64,000 nt of DNA, from assembly GCA_017471705.1 (NCBI GenBank), contig JAFUSH010000023.1, positions 2,649 through 66,648 of the forward strand, in the 5' to 3' direction. The position numbers were made by a program, and so were the translations under genes. The stretch comes from Alphaproteobacteria bacterium (GTDB lineage Bacteria > Pseudomonadota > Alphaproteobacteria > RF32 > CAG-239). Positions 54,381 to 64,000 of the stretch are shown here, piece by piece. How positions within the stretch are numbered: the stretch's first letter is position 1; each line of letters opens with the position of its first letter. The notes under the pieces were generated by a model. That model saw nothing but the letters and a program-made list of their open reading frames with translations. It did not search any database and was not told the DNA's origin.

Positions 54381-54779
54381 TTATTTTGCGGAATTTGCGC
54401 TGTTAACATCTTTAACCGAAACAGACAAATCGTCGGCAATACGAGCTGAACGACCGCGCAAAGCTCTCAAGAAATAAAGTTTTGCTCTGCGAACTTTACC
54501 CACACGAGAAACTTCTATCTTGGCAACATTCGGAGAATACAACGGAAACACACGTTCAACACCTTCACCGAAAGAAATTTTTCTAACCGTGAAAGAAGAG
54601 TTAATACCGTCATTCTTACGAGCAATACAAACGCCTTCATAAACCTGAATACGTTCTCTGTCGCCTTCTTTAACCTTGGTATGAACACGCAAAGTGTCAC
54701 CCGGCTTAAAAATCGGCAGATTTTTACCTTCCATAAGCTTTTCAATCTGCTCTTTTTCAATATTTTCGATAATATTCAT
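54381..54779 (-). CDS. rplS: 50S ribosomal protein L19
   Basis: [12 protein letters not shown]...[30 protein letters not shown] is typical of L19; ATG 54779 preferred over the track start. Confidence 0.93.
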   Translation of the reverse strand: MNIIENIEKEQIEKLMEGKNLPIFKPGDTLRVHTKVKEGDRERIQVYEGVCIARKNDGINSSFTVRKISFGEGVERVFPLYSPNVAKIEVSRVGKVRRAKLYFLRALRGRSARIADDLSVSVKDVNSANSAK

Positions 54780-54824
54780 TTTTTTTACCTTCTTAATTAA
54801 TTTGTTATCCCTATACAACAGAAT

Positions 54825-55514
54825 CTATTTAGAATCAAGTATTTTTTCCAACAGGTCCGGTCGTCTTTCTTTAGTTATTTGAAGAGCCTGCTCTCTCTGC
54901 CATTTAGCAACATTTTCGTGGTGTCCGCTCATCAAAACATCGGGAACTTTACGTCCCTTCCATTCCGTCGGACGGGTATATTGAGGATATTCCAACAAGT
55001 CACCTTCAAAACTTTCATTTTCGGTAGATGCCGAATTTCCCAATACATTCGGAAGTAATCTGACGATTGCGTCAAGCATAATCATTGCTGCTTGCTCACC
55101 GCCGGTCAAAATATAATCGCCGATACTGATTTCCTCTATGTTATATTCTTCAATAACTCTCTCATCAATACCTTCAAACCGACCGCAAATTATGGTCAAA
55201 TTATCTTCTCGGCTGAGTTCATGAACTTTTTGTTGCGTTAACGGTTTACCTTTAGGACTCATATAAATGATTTTACCGCCGTTATAATTATGCTCTATAG
55301 CCTCTCCCAAAACATCGGGACGCATAATCATACCGGCACCGCCTCCGCACGGAGTATCATCCACCGAGCCGTGCTTATCAAAGGCATAATCACGAATATT
55401 CACGGTTTCAAGCTGCCAAATTCCTTCATTAAGGGCTTTTCCGGTTAAAGAATATCCCAAAAACCCCGGAAATATTTCCGGAAATATAGTCAGAATTTTA
55501 GCCTTGAATGCCAT
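54825..55514 (-). CDS. trmD: tRNA (guanine37-N1)-methyltransferase
   Basis: MAFKAKILTIFPEIFPGFLGYSL... and GRFEGIDERV are typical of TrmD; ATG 55514 overlaps the rimM end. Confidence 0.93.
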   Translation of the reverse strand: MAFKAKILTIFPEIFPGFLGYSLTGKALNEGIWQLETVNIRDYAFDKHGSVDDTPCGGGAGMIMRPDVLGEAIEHNYNGGKIIYMSPKGKPLTQQKVHELSREDNLTIICGRFEGIDERVIEEYNIEEISIGDYILTGGEQAAMIMLDAIVRLLPNVLGNSASTENESFEGDLLEYPQYTRPTEWKGRKVPDVLMSGHHENVAKWQREQALQITKERRPDLLEKILDSK

Positions 55515-56052
55515 CTTCCGCCTCATCGTCCGCTGCATAAATCATCGTTACCGACGAAACCGTCACATAGCCTTGAGCAATATTTATCTCCGGCACATAC
55601 TGCTTTGTAAACGGCAGCATTTCTGTTTCTTTTTGCCCGTCAAGTTTCAATTCTATGATATCACCGGCGCCAAAATTATAAAATCCTGCCACCTTACCGA
55701 TAATTTTGTCAGGAGTTTTCAAACACACTTGCAAACCTATTAAATCTTGCAGGTAGTATTCTTCCTCACCAAGTTCCGGTAATTTATCGCGGCAGACATA
55801 AAATTCCGTGCCTATCAAAGCTTCCGCCTCGTTTCTGGTATCAATTCCTTTTATCTTAACGCGCACATTCGCATTTGCCGAAGATTTTCCCGTAACTTTG
55901 ATTGAAAAGGTACGGCTGGCATCTTCATTTTCGACATCGCCCAGTTTTTTCCAATCCGCCGGATTGGAATTTAGCGGCTGAACCTTAACTTCACCCTTAA
56001 TACCGTGCGCCGCCACAATTTTTCCGATGCAAACCTTCTTTTCCATATTCAA
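55498..56052 (-). CDS. rimM: ribosome maturation factor RimM
   Basis: 184 aa; IGKIVAAHGIKGEVKV N-terminus and the conserved rpsP-rimM-trmD-rplS order. Confidence 0.9.
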   Translation of the reverse strand: MNMEKKVCIGKIVAAHGIKGEVKVQPLNSNPADWKKLGDVENEDASRTFSIKVTGKSSANANVRVKIKGIDTRNEAEALIGTEFYVCRDKLPELGEEEYYLQDLIGLQVCLKTPDKIIGKVAGFYNFGAGDIIELKLDGQKETEMLPFTKQYVPEINIAQGYVTVSSVTMIYAADDEAEDGIQG

Positions 56053-56099
56053 AGTCTTTCAGGCTCAAAATAACTTGCTTAATTTTTATATTACCGAAA

Positions 56100-56465
56100 T
56101 TATTCGGCAGAAGCTTCCGAAGCAGCTTTAGCGGCTTCTTCTTTAGCTTTCATTCTTTCCAAAGCTTTGGCTTTAGGAGCAGATTTTTTCGGCTGTTCGC
56201 GAGTTGCCGGAGCAGCGCATAAACCTAAATTGGAGAACAATTTCTGCAATCTTTCGGTAGGTTGAGCACCTTTAGACAACCAAGCTTTAACCTTTTCCTG
56301 ATCCAAAACCAATCTTTGTTCGTTATCTTGAGGCAACAACGGATTGTATGCACCCAATTTTTCAATATATCTGCCGTCGCGAGGGGATCTGGAATCGGCC
56401 GCTACAATATGATAATACGGACGTTTTTTTGAACCACCGCGAGACAATCTGATACGTACTGACAT
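56100..56465 (-). CDS. rpsP: 30S ribosomal protein S16 (with Ala/Lys/Glu-rich C-terminal extension)
   Basis: [42 protein letters not shown]. Confidence 0.94.
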   Translation of the reverse strand: MSVRIRLSRGGSKKRPYYHIVAADSRSPRDGRYIEKLGAYNPLLPQDNEQRLVLDQEKVKAWLSKGAQPTERLQKLFSNLGLCAAPATREQPKKSAPKAKALERMKAKEEAAKAASEASAE

Positions 56466-56485
56466 TTTTTATTCCTTTCCATAAA

Positions 56486-57865
56486 TTAAAACGGAAATCG
56501 TTTGTTAAGCCCGCCGGACATTTTACCAAACGGATTCCCTTTAAACATTTTAGACATTGCCGACATTGAGCCGAACCTGCCCATTTTTTTCATCATTGTT
56601 GACATCTGCTCAAAAGATTTAAGCAAAACATTAACATCGTGAACTTCCACTCCGGCGCCTTGTGCGATTCTTCTCTTGCGAGAAGCCTTTATAATATCAG
56701 GATTTGCTCTTTCTTTCTTAGTCATTGAAAGAATAATCGCCTCCTGTTTTTTCATCAGATTGTCGCACACACCGGATTCTTCAATCTGAGATTTAAATTT
56801 AGACATTCCCGGAAGCATTCCCAAAATACTCCCCATACTGCCTATTTTTTGCATCTGACGCATTTGATTTAACATATCGTTCAAATCAAATGATCCTTTC
56901 ATCATTTTATTTGCCATTTTTTCGGCTTCTTCGCGGTCAACATTTTCAATTGCTTTTTCCACCAAAGAAACCACATCGCCCTGCCCCAAAATGCGACCGG
57001 CGATTCTGTCGGCGTGAAATTCTTCTATATCATCGAGCTTTTCACCCGTTCCCAAGAATTTGATTGCGGCTCCCGACACCATTTTCATCGAAAGTGCGGC
57101 ACCTACTCTGGAAGTACCGTCCAATCTGGTTAACACCAAACCGGTTACGCCGATTTTATCATTAAATTCGCGCGCTACATTGCAGGCTTCCTGACCGATT
57201 AAGGCATCGGCAACCAACAACGTCTCGGTCGGATTCGCCAACTTTTTGACTTCCGCCACTTCATCCATCAGTACTTCATCTATCTGCAAACGACCGGCAG
57301 TATCCAAAATAAGCAAATCATAAACGCCGATTTTAGCCTCCGATAAAGCTCTTTTGGTTATTTCCAAAGGCTTTTGCCCCGCAACTGTCGGCAACACGTC
57401 AACTTCAATTTGCTTACCGAGATGAGCCAACTGTTCTTGTGCCGCCGGACGATAAATATCCAGCGAAGCCAATAAAATGCGCTTATTTTTTTTCAGTTTC
57501 TTGGCAATTTTGGCTGCCGTTGTGGTTTTACCCGAACCTTGCAAACCGACAAGCATCATACAAACCGGAGCCGGAGCGTTAAAATTAAGTTCGGTATCCT
57601 CGGCACCCAAAAGTTTTACCAGTTCATCGTGAACAATTTTTATCACCATTTGTCCCGGCTGAACTGACTTAACAACTTTTTCGCCTAAGGCTTCGAGCTT
57701 AACTTTAGCAATAAAATCTTTAACCACCGATAACGAAACATCGGCTTCAAGCAAGGCAATACGAATCTCGCGCATTGCATCGTCAATATCTTTTTCAGAT
57801 AACACACCTCGGGATGTTATCTTGGAAAAAGCCTTGCTTAATTTATCGGTCAAACTTTCAAACAT
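56486..57865 (-). CDS. ffh: signal recognition particle protein Ffh
   Basis: 459 aa; GLQGSGKTTTAAK, DTAGRL and a Met-rich M domain. Confidence 0.96.
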   Translation of the reverse strand: MFESLTDKLSKAFSKITSRGVLSEKDIDDAMREIRIALLEADVSLSVVKDFIAKVKLEALGEKVVKSVQPGQMVIKIVHDELVKLLGAEDTELNFNAPAPVCMMLVGLQGSGKTTTAAKIAKKLKKNKRILLASLDIYRPAAQEQLAHLGKQIEVDVLPTVAGQKPLEITKRALSEAKIGVYDLLILDTAGRLQIDEVLMDEVAEVKKLANPTETLLVADALIGQEACNVAREFNDKIGVTGLVLTRLDGTSRVGAALSMKMVSGAAIKFLGTGEKLDDIEEFHADRIAGRILGQGDVVSLVEKAIENVDREEAEKMANKMMKGSFDLNDMLNQMRQMQKIGSMGSILGMLPGMSKFKSQIEESGVCDNLMKKQEAIILSMTKKERANPDIIKASRKRRIAQGAGVEVHDVNVLLKSFEQMSTMMKKMGRFGSMSAMSKMFKGNPFGKMSGGLNKRFPF

Positions 57866-58130
57866 TAAAGTTCTATTCCCTAAAGTTAATATAAACCAAC
57901 AATCGTCAGTGGGCGAAACATCGCTGACTGACGGACTCCTCAGAGCTTAATTTTTACAATCCTTTCTGGGGTAAAAATCCTCTAAATTCACCCGCTTTAT
58001 ATAAAAAAATTTCAAGCTTGTCAACATTTAATTATTTGCCCGATACAACAAAATCAATACCACTTTATAACTATCAGGCTTGCAAAATAAAAAACAGAAC
58101 ATATATCGCCTCGGAAAAGGAGGATTTATT

Positions 58131-58664
58131 ATGCAAGACAAAAGATGCAGTATATGGCACTTGGTTGCCGGTTTAATTATGTTGTTTTTGGGAGTACTGG
58201 TGTTGGCAAACCCGATGTCATCGCTGTTGGCGATAGCTTTTTATTTAGGATTGGTATTATTTCTGCTCGGCTGCGGATATGTCACGTTTTCCTTAAGCCA
58301 ATACTCAGGCTGGTATATGGTCGTCGGTCTGTTTGACATTTTCATCGGGCTGATATTTATGACTAATCTCGGTTTAACCGTAGAAACTCTGCCGATATTT
58401 TTTGCTCTGTGGATTTTGGCATCAGGCGCCATTCAGATATCCGGCAGTTTTGAAATTCGCAAACTCGGTATGCCTTGGGGCTGGACACTTGCCAGCGGAG
58501 TTATCGGCGTTATTTTGGCATACTTTATATTAACTTCAAGAGCTTTCGGTGATTGGGCATTGGTTTTAACTGTAGGAACTTACGTCATCGCTTACGGAAT
58601 AATCAGTATTGCCGAATATTTTTATTTCAGACATTACTGCCAATTAAGCGGACAAAAAGAATAA
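58131..58664 (+). CDS. HdeD/DUF308-family membrane protein
   Basis: Six predicted TM segments with repeated GxxxxxxG(I/V)xxI patterns; ATG 58131 after AAGGAGG. Confidence 0.55.
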   Translation: MQDKRCSIWHLVAGLIMLFLGVLVLANPMSSLLAIAFYLGLVLFLLGCGYVTFSLSQYSGWYMVVGLFDIFIGLIFMTNLGLTVETLPIFFALWILASGAIQISGSFEIRKLGMPWGWTLASGVIGVILAYFILTSRAFGDWALVLTVGTYVIAYGIISIAEYFYFRHYCQLSGQKE

Positions 58665-58667
58665 GCT

Positions 58668-58696
58668 GAAAGCCGGATTCTTCAATCCGGCTTTTA
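58668..58696. terminator. bidirectional terminator between the hdeD-like gene and HTH copy 2
   Basis: aaAGCCGGATTcttcAATCCGGCTttt. Confidence 0.65.
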
Positions 58697-58705
58697 TTCT
58701 GTAAA

Positions 58706-58930
58706 TTAATCAATAATTACTTTCACCTGTTTACCGTAAAAGTCCATAAGTTTACGCAAAGAACCGTATTTCATAAATTTGCCGAGTTCCATACCATCAA
58801 TGATTTTGCTTGGAACACCGGTGCTTGAGGCAACATTATTTATGTACAAATGTTTTTCGTGACGAGCCTGCCATAATGCCTGCCCGATTTCTGATTTTGT
58901 TTGTTTATCAAATAAATAGCTTTTTACCAT
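58706..58930 (-). CDS. small XRE-type helix-turn-helix protein (74 aa), paralogue of 16359..16583
   Basis: 67/74 residues identical to copy 1; same SD and same start context. Confidence 0.8.
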   Translation of the reverse strand: MVKSYLFDKQTKSEIGQALWQARHEKHLYINNVASSTGVPSKIIDGMELGKFMKYGSLRKLMDFYGKQVKVIID

Positions 58931-58953
58931 AGTTTCAAACTCCCTGATTTGTT

Positions 58954-59112
58954 AAATAAAACAAAAACCACCTCAAATCTCTTCAAGGTGGGGAGTTCGT
59001 AACTGCCAGTGAACAGTCCGATGTATTCAATATATTCCATCAGCTCCCCATTAGAGGAGTTAATTTTCACCGGTGGAGCTACGACACTCCGCAGACAACC
59101 TCTCGCCTGCAA
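58954..59112 (-). ncRNA. candidate ~160-nt structured RNA, copy 2
   Basis: Same architecture as 16607..16765. Stem CUGAUG/CAUCGG replaces CUUGCU/AGCAAG around the identical loop GAAUAUAUUGAAUA, and the terminator hairpin is identical. Confidence 0.6.
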
Positions 59113-59117
59113 AGGTT

Positions 59118-59145
59118 ATATTAAATAAATTACATTAAATTGCAA
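59118..59145 (-). promoter_or_regulatory. putative promoter of RNA copy 2 (TTGCAA-N16-TAATAT)
   Basis: Hexamers and spacing identical to copy 1; the spacer is not conserved. Confidence 0.55.
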
Positions 59146-59171
59146 GTTGTTTTTAGCAATCGCAGCTGAAA

Positions 59172-59861
59172 CTATCCCTTAAATCCGATTGCCACCACGT
59201 AAGTTTCAACCGAATCTTGTCTGCTGGCATCCGGTTTATGATGAACAACTTTGGTAAAATGTTTTTTCATATCATTAAGCAACTCGCCTTCGGTACCGCC
59301 CTGAAAAACTTTAGCAATAAATATTCCGCCTTCGGCTAAAATTTCTTTGGCAAATTCGTATGCCGCTTCCACCAAAGCAATAGTGCGCAAATGGTCTATA
59401 TTCTGTACACCGGTAGTATTAGCCGCCATATCGCTCATCACCACATCGGCCGGACCGTGCAGCAAAGATTTGATTTTATCCGGCGCATCCGCACTCGTAA
59501 AATCCTGTTGCAATAAAACCGCTCCCTCTATCGGTTCGGTAGGCAGCAAGTCCATTCCGACGATTTCTCCGCAGCCTTTGTTATGCGCCGCAGCAATTTG
59601 CGTCCATCCGCCCGGCGCGCACCCTAAATCGACAATTCGCTTACCTCGTCCCAAAAAATGAAATTTTTCATCCAACTGTATAAGCTTAAATGCCGCTCTT
59701 GAACGGTACCCCAATCTCTGCGCTTCCGCCACATACGGATCATTCAATTGCCGCTGCAGCCACCTGTTTGACGAAACGGTATTATACTTGGCATTTTTCA
59801 CCCTAACAGTCAGCATTTTACGACCGCGAACCTGTTTTGCCGATTTCGTTAATTTTGCCAT
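59172..59861 (-). CDS. rlmE: 23S rRNA (uridine2552-2'-O)-methyltransferase RlmE/FtsJ
   Basis: 229 aa; YRSRAAFKLIQLDEKF and DLGCAPGGW. Confidence 0.93.
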   Translation of the reverse strand: MAKLTKSAKQVRGRKMLTVRVKNAKYNTVSSNRWLQRQLNDPYVAEAQRLGYRSRAAFKLIQLDEKFHFLGRGKRIVDLGCAPGGWTQIAAAHNKGCGEIVGMDLLPTEPIEGAVLLQQDFTSADAPDKIKSLLHGPADVVMSDMAANTTGVQNIDHLRTIALVEAAYEFAKEILAEGGIFIAKVFQGGTEGELLNDMKKHFTKVVHHKPDASRQDSVETYVVAIGFKG

Positions 59862-60790
59862 TTTTTCACCAAATCGTTAATCATTGCCTCCTGCGCTCCT
59901 TTAAGCGAGGCAGTCAAGACCTTTATTTGCAAATCATCATATATAGTTTTGAAAATCACGCAAGCCGCCTGAAAAATTGCCGCTCTGTTTTCACCTATAT
60001 ACGGACTTTCAGCAGCTTGTGTGAAATTCATTCTTTGAATTTTTGTAATCTGTTTATCAAGTTGCTCAATAGTTTCGGATACCCCGTCGACATTGTAGCG
60101 ATTATATTCTCCCAAATCACGCGACATACTGACCAAACGCAAAGGCGTGCTTGACGTTGCCATAAATTCGCACTTTTCGCGATATTTTTCCAGATTTGAT
60201 TTTTGCAAAAAATCCTTTGTATATTTTCTTACTTCATTTGCCAATATTGAAGCTTTTTCTTCATCATATTCCAACAAATCAAATGCTTCCGTTGCATTAC
60301 GCGCCCCCCACGGTATTGATACCGTATAAATTATTTCCGGATTGTCATTATTCGTTGCCAGAGTTATCTCGGTAGAACCTCCTCCCAAATCATAAACCAC
60401 AACATATTCTTTATCGGCATTGGCATTCAGCCTCGCACCTTTAACATTCAACAGAGCTTCTTCTTTGGCGTCTATTATATCAAGACGAATTCCGCAAAGC
60501 TCTTCCACCGCTCTGATAAATTCCTCCCCGTTCTTTGCCATTCTGCAAGATGCCGTGGCGATTGCCCTGTATTTTATAACTCCATACTCTCTCATTATAT
60601 CGGCATATTCTGCCAAACATTTCAATCCGCGCTCTATTGCCGCATCAGTGAATTTTCCGTTTGTGTGCAATCCCTCACCAAGTTTGGTGGTTACGGTTTT
60701 TCTGAAAATTACAAAACCATTCAGATTGGTAACCATAAGCCGACAGGAATTAGTTCCCAAATCAATGGCCGCCAGATTTCCTTTCGCCAT
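59849..60790 (-). CDS. Ppx/GppA phosphatase family protein (N-terminal actin-like fold only), paralogue B
   Basis: 313 aa; AAIDLGTNSCRLMV and YDLGGGSTEI. Confidence 0.85.
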   Translation of the reverse strand: MAKGNLAAIDLGTNSCRLMVTNLNGFVIFRKTVTTKLGEGLHTNGKFTDAAIERGLKCLAEYADIMREYGVIKYRAIATASCRMAKNGEEFIRAVEELCGIRLDIIDAKEEALLNVKGARLNANADKEYVVVYDLGGGSTEITLATNNDNPEIIYTVSIPWGARNATEAFDLLEYDEEKASILANEVRKYTKDFLQKSNLEKYREKCEFMATSSTPLRLVSMSRDLGEYNRYNVDGVSETIEQLDKQITKIQRMNFTQAAESPYIGENRAAIFQAACVIFKTIYDDLQIKVLTASLKGAQEAMINDLVKKWQN

Positions 60791-61880
60791 ATTTTTTTCC
60801 TTTCCTGAATATCCGACGGCGTTTACCGTCTTTATGGAAATAATTGTTTTTCTGATGATGCATCATATCAAGTAATATACCTTCGCGAATACCGCGGTCG
60901 GCAATGGTAATTTCCGATACCGGCCAAAAGGTCGTAAGTGCCTCTATAATTGTGCAACCGGCTATAGTCAAATCGGCTTTTTGCTTACCTATGCAAGAAT
61001 GACGGCATCTGCCTTCGTAGCCCAATTTTTTGATTTTTGATATGACTTTGTTTACCTCATCTCCGGACATAGCCAATCCATCGACGGCTGCTCTGTTATA
61101 TCGCGGCAAATTTAAATGCACCGCTCCTAAAACCGTTACCGTTCCCGAAGTGCCTATTATTTGAATTTCTTGTTTGCCTATCGCCTCGCTGATATTGTAT
61201 TTATCTTCAAATTCCTGCAGAATCTTCTGTGTTCTTTCTACAATCGTATTATAGGCTAAATTAGTCATATCTTTACCCGGAAAGGCTTCCGATACCGTAA
61301 CAACGCCGTAAGGCAGCGATACAAACCCTTCTATAAATGTTCTTCCGCTGTCGGTAATGCGCGCCAATGAAATTTCGGTAGAACCTCCGCCTATATCAAA
61401 AACCAATGCCCTCTTAATCATACGATTCAAAAGCGGCATACAACCGACAACCGCCAACCGTGCCTCCTCTTTGGAAGATATAACTTCCATATTCAATCCG
61501 GTATCTCTTGCCACCGCTTGTTCAAATTCTTTGCAGTTTAAGGCTCTGCGACAAGCGGCTGTTGCTACAAAACGCATTCTTATCATCGGAGAATACTCGT
61601 CTATTATACCGCGGCAAACTTTTAAAGCCGATATTGTACGCCTTATTGCCGTTTTAGAAAGCATATTACCGTTAATTATCCCTTCGCCCAATCGGGTTAC
61701 TCTGGAAAAAGTTTCCGCCACGTGGAAAGAACTGGGAGTAGGTTCCGCTATAACCAAACGACAGGAATTGGTTCCCAAATCAATCGCGGCATAATACCCG
61801 TTGTTTTGGTTTTGCCCGCTTTTAACTTCAGAACCGCCGCGCCATTTCGGCATTTTCTTTGCAGACCTTTTTTCCTCCAC
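60762..61880 (-). CDS. Ppx/GppA phosphatase family protein, paralogue A
   Basis: 372 aa; AAIDLGTNSCRLVI and FDIGGGSTEIS; basic N- and C-terminal extensions; overlaps paralogue B by 29 nt. Confidence 0.85.
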   Translation of the reverse strand: MEEKRSAKKMPKWRGGSEVKSGQNQNNGYYAAIDLGTNSCRLVIAEPTPSSFHVAETFSRVTRLGEGIINGNMLSKTAIRRTISALKVCRGIIDEYSPMIRMRFVATAACRRALNCKEFEQAVARDTGLNMEVISSKEEARLAVVGCMPLLNRMIKRALVFDIGGGSTEISLARITDSGRTFIEGFVSLPYGVVTVSEAFPGKDMTNLAYNTIVERTQKILQEFEDKYNISEAIGKQEIQIIGTSGTVTVLGAVHLNLPRYNRAAVDGLAMSGDEVNKVISKIKKLGYEGRCRHSCIGKQKADLTIAGCTIIEALTTFWPVSEITIADRGIREGILLDMMHHQKNNYFHKDGKRRRIFRKGKKYGERKSGGH

Positions 61881-61883
61881 CTC

Positions 61884-62981
<1,098 letters not shown>

Positions 62982-63088
62982 TCATCCATTCATTACTACC
63001 AAGATAAAGTCATAAAGTTATAATTTTATTAATAATTAAATAAAAATATGCCTCAACACCATACCTGCAATAATCGAAATTCACGAAA

Positions 63089-63622
63089 TTACGGATATTG
63101 TTTAAACATTCTGTTAAGCTCTTTTTCTCGAGAAGAAAGCAACAATAATTCATCTGAAGATATTTTTTGCGCTTTTATACGTTTTTTCTGCAAATTAATC
63201 ATCTGCAAAGCCACACTGTCCTCGCGATCCTGCAAATGTTTGATTATACTCTCGGCCTCGCGGCGAACCTTTATTTCATTCAAAAGATGCAGCAAACGGG
63301 AACGAACATAAAAAAATCTTTCGGCATCCCAATGACGATATACAAACCATATACGCATTTTCCAAGTTAAAACATCGGACACCTTTGACTTTGATAAGTC
63401 AATATCATCAAGCAAGCCCAGCTCGTTAAATTCCGGCCATCTTTTGGTAAATTCATCTAATTCCGCAGCCGAAATCTGCGGTCTGTAATGACTGCGTTTT
63501 TCAGCCATAATTCCGCCGGCACGATGCCAAGTGGTTTCCACTACCTGACATTTGGCTACTGCCACAATGGCTAAAATACAAAATCCCAATGTCAAATAAT
63601 GCCTGACATTCTGCTTTACCAT
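63089..63622 (-). CDS. hypothetical membrane-anchored protein (177 aa)
   Basis: One N-terminal TM (LTLGFCILAIVAVA); no motif recognised. Confidence 0.5.
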   Translation of the reverse strand: MVKQNVRHYLTLGFCILAIVAVAKCQVVETTWHRAGGIMAEKRSHYRPQISAAELDEFTKRWPEFNELGLLDDIDLSKSKVSDVLTWKMRIWFVYRHWDAERFFYVRSRLLHLLNEIKVRREAESIIKHLQDREDSVALQMINLQKKRIKAQKISSDELLLLSSREKELNRMFKQYP

Positions 63623-64000
63623 CGCAAGGCCTCCGCGTAATAGTCAATATTCAACCCGTAACTTCCGGACAAGTCCTCCAATTGTTGCTCAACGTTATAT
63701 CCCATCTGATGTACTCCGTTGGTAAGCAATAAACTTTTAACCCCGAAGTTATTTGCCATCCGCATATCGGTAGACATACAATCGCCGACAACCAAACATC
63801 TTTCTTTAGTAAAGGCTGGCATACCTTCAACCAGATACGAAGCAATTTTCACATCAGGTTTACCAAACGGTATAACTTGTTTTCCCCCCATTATGGCATA
63901 ACGTTCCGCCACGGCTCCCACACCGGAAACAACTCCTTTGGAGCCGACCAATGATGTATTATTACCGATACATAACATCGGCAGATTTAAATGCAATGCC
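63616..64000 (-). CDS. HAD-superfamily hydrolase (subfamily IIA-like), 5' end outside the window
   Basis: C-terminal VVGDCMSTDMRMANNFG (HAD motif IV region). The frame is open to the window edge. Confidence 0.65.
   Translation of the reverse strand, partial: ALHLNLPMLCIGNNTSLVGSKGVVSGVGAVAERYAIMGGKQVIPFGKPDVKIASYLVEGMPAFTKERCLVVGDCMSTDMRMANNFGVKSLLLTNGVHQMGYNVEQQLEDLSGSYGLNIDYYAEALRW

Noticed and set aside
57866-58130. The ffh / hdeD-like intergenic region as the location of the SRP RNA gene or another ncRNA
   Set aside because: It contains a hairpin (gtcag...ctgac), but nothing resembles the conserved 4.5S core and there is no clear promoter/terminator pair.

Overview
The window looks like a chromosomal segment of a low-G+C alphaproteobacterium. 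Supporting markers are a CcrM-type GANTC methyltransferase, RpoH, a DUF1013 protein, DUF4167 next to prmC, a DUF2497-like gene next to valS, and ppx next to rlmE. Most of it is housekeeping: efp, suhB, rpmE, sufBCD, galE, dnaB, mutM, rpsT-dnaA-dnaN-recF, rpsF-rpsR-rplI, prmC, rpoH, asnS, valS, corA, rplS-trmD-rimM-rpsP-ffh and rlmE, plus tRNA-Ser(GGA) and tRNA-Leu(GAG). The most interesting item is a roughly 440-bp module present twice (16.4-16.8 kb and 58.7-59.1 kb). Each copy has a conserved sigma70-like promoter, a roughly 160-nt structured RNA ending in a strong intrinsic terminator, and a 74-aa XRE-type HTH gene. One hairpin carries four fully compensatory base-pair swaps around an invariant 14-nt loop, so this is a candidate undescribed RNA-plus-regulator unit. 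Other accessory features: a GIY-YIG gene with terminal inverted repeats inserted at the sufB stop / next-gene start junction, which is now triplicated. Two higher-G+C islets encode lipoproteins, one a 1307-aa protein with four tandem 180-aa modules and one next to tRNA-Leu. The tRNA-Ser 3' end is tandemly duplicated beside a lysozyme gene. A DUF1013 protein carries a histone-H1-like tail made of 102-bp repeats. There are three prepilin-like paralogues with +1 Arg, a ComM operon ending in an apparently catalytically dead trypsin-like protein, a C11 tract, and tandem YcgN and Ppx paralogues. All family assignments come from reading the translations; no database search was run.
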